DNA from: Somniosus microcephalus
Lineage: Eukaryota
Direction: 5' to 3'
DNA length: 64,000 nucleotides
Assembly: GCA_052327205.1 (NCBI GenBank)
Contig: CM126206.1
Location: forward strand, 160,828,001-160,892,000
A model generated the notes under the pieces. The model ran no database searches. It was not told the origin of the DNA and saw nothing but the letters and a program-made list of their open reading frames with translations. Positions 61,480 through 64,000 of the stretch are shown here, in pieces (position 1 is the stretch's first letter; every line of letters starts with the position of its first letter). Both the position numbers and the translations under genes were made by a program.

Positions 61480-63478
61480 TGTAAGATTCGCAAAATTTCC
61501 ACATTTCCCCAAAGGTTATTATTAATGAAAGGGACCCTGCGTGGACATTTTAAAAAGGGTACCCAAAGATGGCGTCCGCACCTCGTGGCCGAAAGCCTGC
61601 AAGATTTTAAAAGCTTGGATTCTGTGGCACAAGCAGCTTTTGGGGAAATCGAAACCTAAAATGGAGTTTCTGTGAAGAAGGACTTTTGTATTTTGAAAAG
61701 CTGACAGCAGGACTTTGAATATGCATTAAGCCAGATCGGAGACAGATCAAAACCAGTTAGGCCTATACTTGAGGCCATCAAGTTGTTTGCATAAATAATC
61801 GGAAACAGCTTAAGGAAGCCATCGAGGCTGGACAGGCCGATTAAGATGCATTAATAACAATACAGCTCAGACATCAGGCAATTAGGTGCGATCAACGGCC
61901 ATCTAAAAACAGTTAATTTAGATTGCTACAATTATTTAAACTAGCCCACCAAGATTGGGACAATGAACTAACCTGATTTGGTGTGCAGATAAGGGCCATC
62001 CGAAGGAGTATAACTGAAAGCCCGGGTAGCAATCTCTCTCTTCTCTTGCTCCCCGCCCTAGTGGCTGCTGCTCTTTACCCATCCCACGCTTGCCGCCCGG
62101 CCACTGCCAGTGCCTTTCCCATCCCATCAGGAATGCCCGGCATTGCACCAGGCAGACACTGACAAACCAGGCCAGGTGAGGCGGGACGAGATGAGGCGAG
62201 GTGGTGAGATGAGATGAATTGGGAGACGATTGAAGAACGCTTCAAATAATTGGGCCTTCAATCCAGCCGACCTTCGACTATCTTCAAGCAAACTCCAACT
62301 GCCGCCCGAGGAAGAGGAACCATCATCCCTGCGAGGTAAAGTACCCAAGCAAAGACTTTAACCTTGGGGTACTTGTACCTGGACGACGCCCTTGCAGCGC
62401 CCCGAGACCATGTGACGACGGCAGGCCCCAGAGAGCACAAAGAGCGAAACCCAAGTCCCACCGCTGTTTGAATTCAGCAGATTTTGGATTGGTGAGCATG
62501 AATTCTGGCCCCTCATAGCTTAATCTAGTTAGGGATAGGGGGTGGGATAAGGATAAGGGGATTGTTAAGATAGTTGTTTTCCCTCGATGTGCCTTGTGTT
62601 CCCCATTCCCTGTATAAGTATAGTTATTTGTATTTGCCTGTAATTTTATACCAGTAACTTCTCATAAGATTGTGTTAATTTCTATTTCAATTAAATCTTG
62701 GTTTTCTTACATCCAAGCCACCTGTCTACTCGAGTCTTTTCTGTATCGCCGCCTGTGCCTAAGGGGCATGGGAGCAATTCAAACCAGTCACAAACAGTCA
62801 GGAGCATAATGACTGGGCGCATGCGCCAACCACACACCAACCCCTACAGAAATGGCGACCACGGCAGGACACCGGCAACAGTGTTGCGATACAGTAGACA
62901 ATGGTTCGGATGAGCAAACCATGATGGTGGAAAGGATTTCTGATTATGTGTTTAGCAAGGTGAATATCACTAAGAAGTGGATCACCACTCTGTTAAAAGC
63001 TGGGCGTCCGGTAGATGCAGCAGCTAAGTGGACAGAGGGAAAGGAACACAAGAAGTCCTTAGAGCTAGCGAGCGAACAGGGGTTTGAGAAGGCAGACCAC
63101 GGCCCCTGTAAAGAGAGGATAGAAAATCTGAGCTGGGCCCTCCGGAAGGCAAAAGGCATGGTATGCCTCATAAGCCCAAAGGCAGGTCAGACAGATTTTA
63201 TGGGGAACGAGGGGAAGACATTTCCAACGTCACCGGTAGTATCTAGGGAAGACCCAGTTGAGAGAGAGGAGATCTCATGACCACTACCCGTAGTGCCAAG
63301 TTTCAGTGAGGTTGGGCAACAAGGGGGGGTGGAGCCAGAGGTGGAAGCGGAGGTAGAGCAATCCCTGCCCAAGAGGTCGGAACCGGGACCGATGTGCCCA
63401 GCACAGCATTGGAGGTTCGTCCCACCCGCCAATGGCGACAATGAGGGACCCCTCCAAAACCATTTCGTATTACCCTTC
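61480..63478 (+). mobile_element. 5' LTR (61480-62848), PBS and start of the internal region of a long-LTR retroelement
   Basis: TGTAAGATTCG...CCCCTACA, then GAAA-TGGCGACCACGGCAGG (PBS-like). A degenerate gag-like ORF at 62852..63280 is cut at about 63479 by a Penelope-like element. Confidence 0.85.
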
Positions 63479-64000
63479 AACACCCGTAAGAAGTCACACA
63501 ACACCAGGTTATAGTCCAACAGTTTTATTTGAAATCACAAGCTTTCGGAGTGCTGCTCCTTCATCAGGTGAAGTGGAGAGATGCATAAAGACACAGCTTA
63601 TATATCAGAATAATGCCAGATGATTACAGGTAATCTTTCTAACTGCCATTTATCACACGTCGGCAGAGAGATAATCACAGCAAGCAAAGGTGTGAATGGT
63701 GTCCAAACAGGTTAGGCAGGAAAACATTACATCAAAGAACAATGAGGTGGGTTCACAAGGGGTCAAATATTGCAGATGCTGGGGTCTGTATGAAAAACAA
63801 AAAACAGACAAAAAAACATTTTTTTTGCTGGAAATCACAGCAGGTCCAGCCGCATCTGTGTGGAGAGAACAAGCCAACGACGACTCGAGTCTGGGTGACC
63901 CTATGTCAGGTGGGGTTACATGTAGCATGACATGTACCCAAGATCCCGGTTGAGGCCGTCCTCATGAGTGCGGAACTTGGCTATCAGTTTCTGCTTGACG
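63479..64000 (-). mobile_element. Penelope-like retroelement 3' end (continues beyond the window)
   Basis: 63999..63916 translates as VKQKLIAKFRTHEDGLNRDLGYMSCYM*, a GIY-YIG C-terminal 'GLN' motif. It is followed by pseudo-LTR sequence. Confidence 0.85.
63535..63571 (-). ncRNA. Minimal type I hammerhead ribozyme motif
   Basis: UCAC-CUGAUGA-A-GGAG(CAGCA)CUCC-GAAA-GCUU-GUGA: both core boxes, stem I UCAC/GUGA, stem II GGAG/CUCC, and a palindromic AAGCUU stem III. Confidence 0.8.

Noticed and set aside
19862-62848. One giant element bounded by 1.2-kb inverted repeats
   Set aside because: The left copy has its own ATAG TSD (a solo LTR) and the right copy is followed by a PBS, so these are two independent insertions.

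Overview
Eukaryotic DNA, very probably from a cartilaginous fish (shark): it carries HE1/V-SINE, Deu-type and LF-SINE-like elements typical of those genomes. Most of the window is transposable elements, and no complete host gene is visible (one candidate 20-nt exon). I resolved four Gypsy LTR retrotransposons with LTR pairs and target-site duplications (TSDs), a split solo LTR and a second copy of it, at least nine PIF/Harbinger elements or MITEs, two non-autonomous Helitrons carrying minisatellite arrays, several LINE/SINE fragments, and a Penelope-like element with a minimal hammerhead ribozyme. The best observation is a 2.6-kb Gypsy element (31541-34121) in which RT/RNaseH/integrase is replaced by about 133 codons of the cellular gene RALBP1, fused in frame to gag-protease. 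It lies in a 21.8-kb nest of transposons (12805-34575) that is six levels deep along a neighbouring branch. All boundaries and mismatch counts were read by eye, and family names come from recall rather than database searches.
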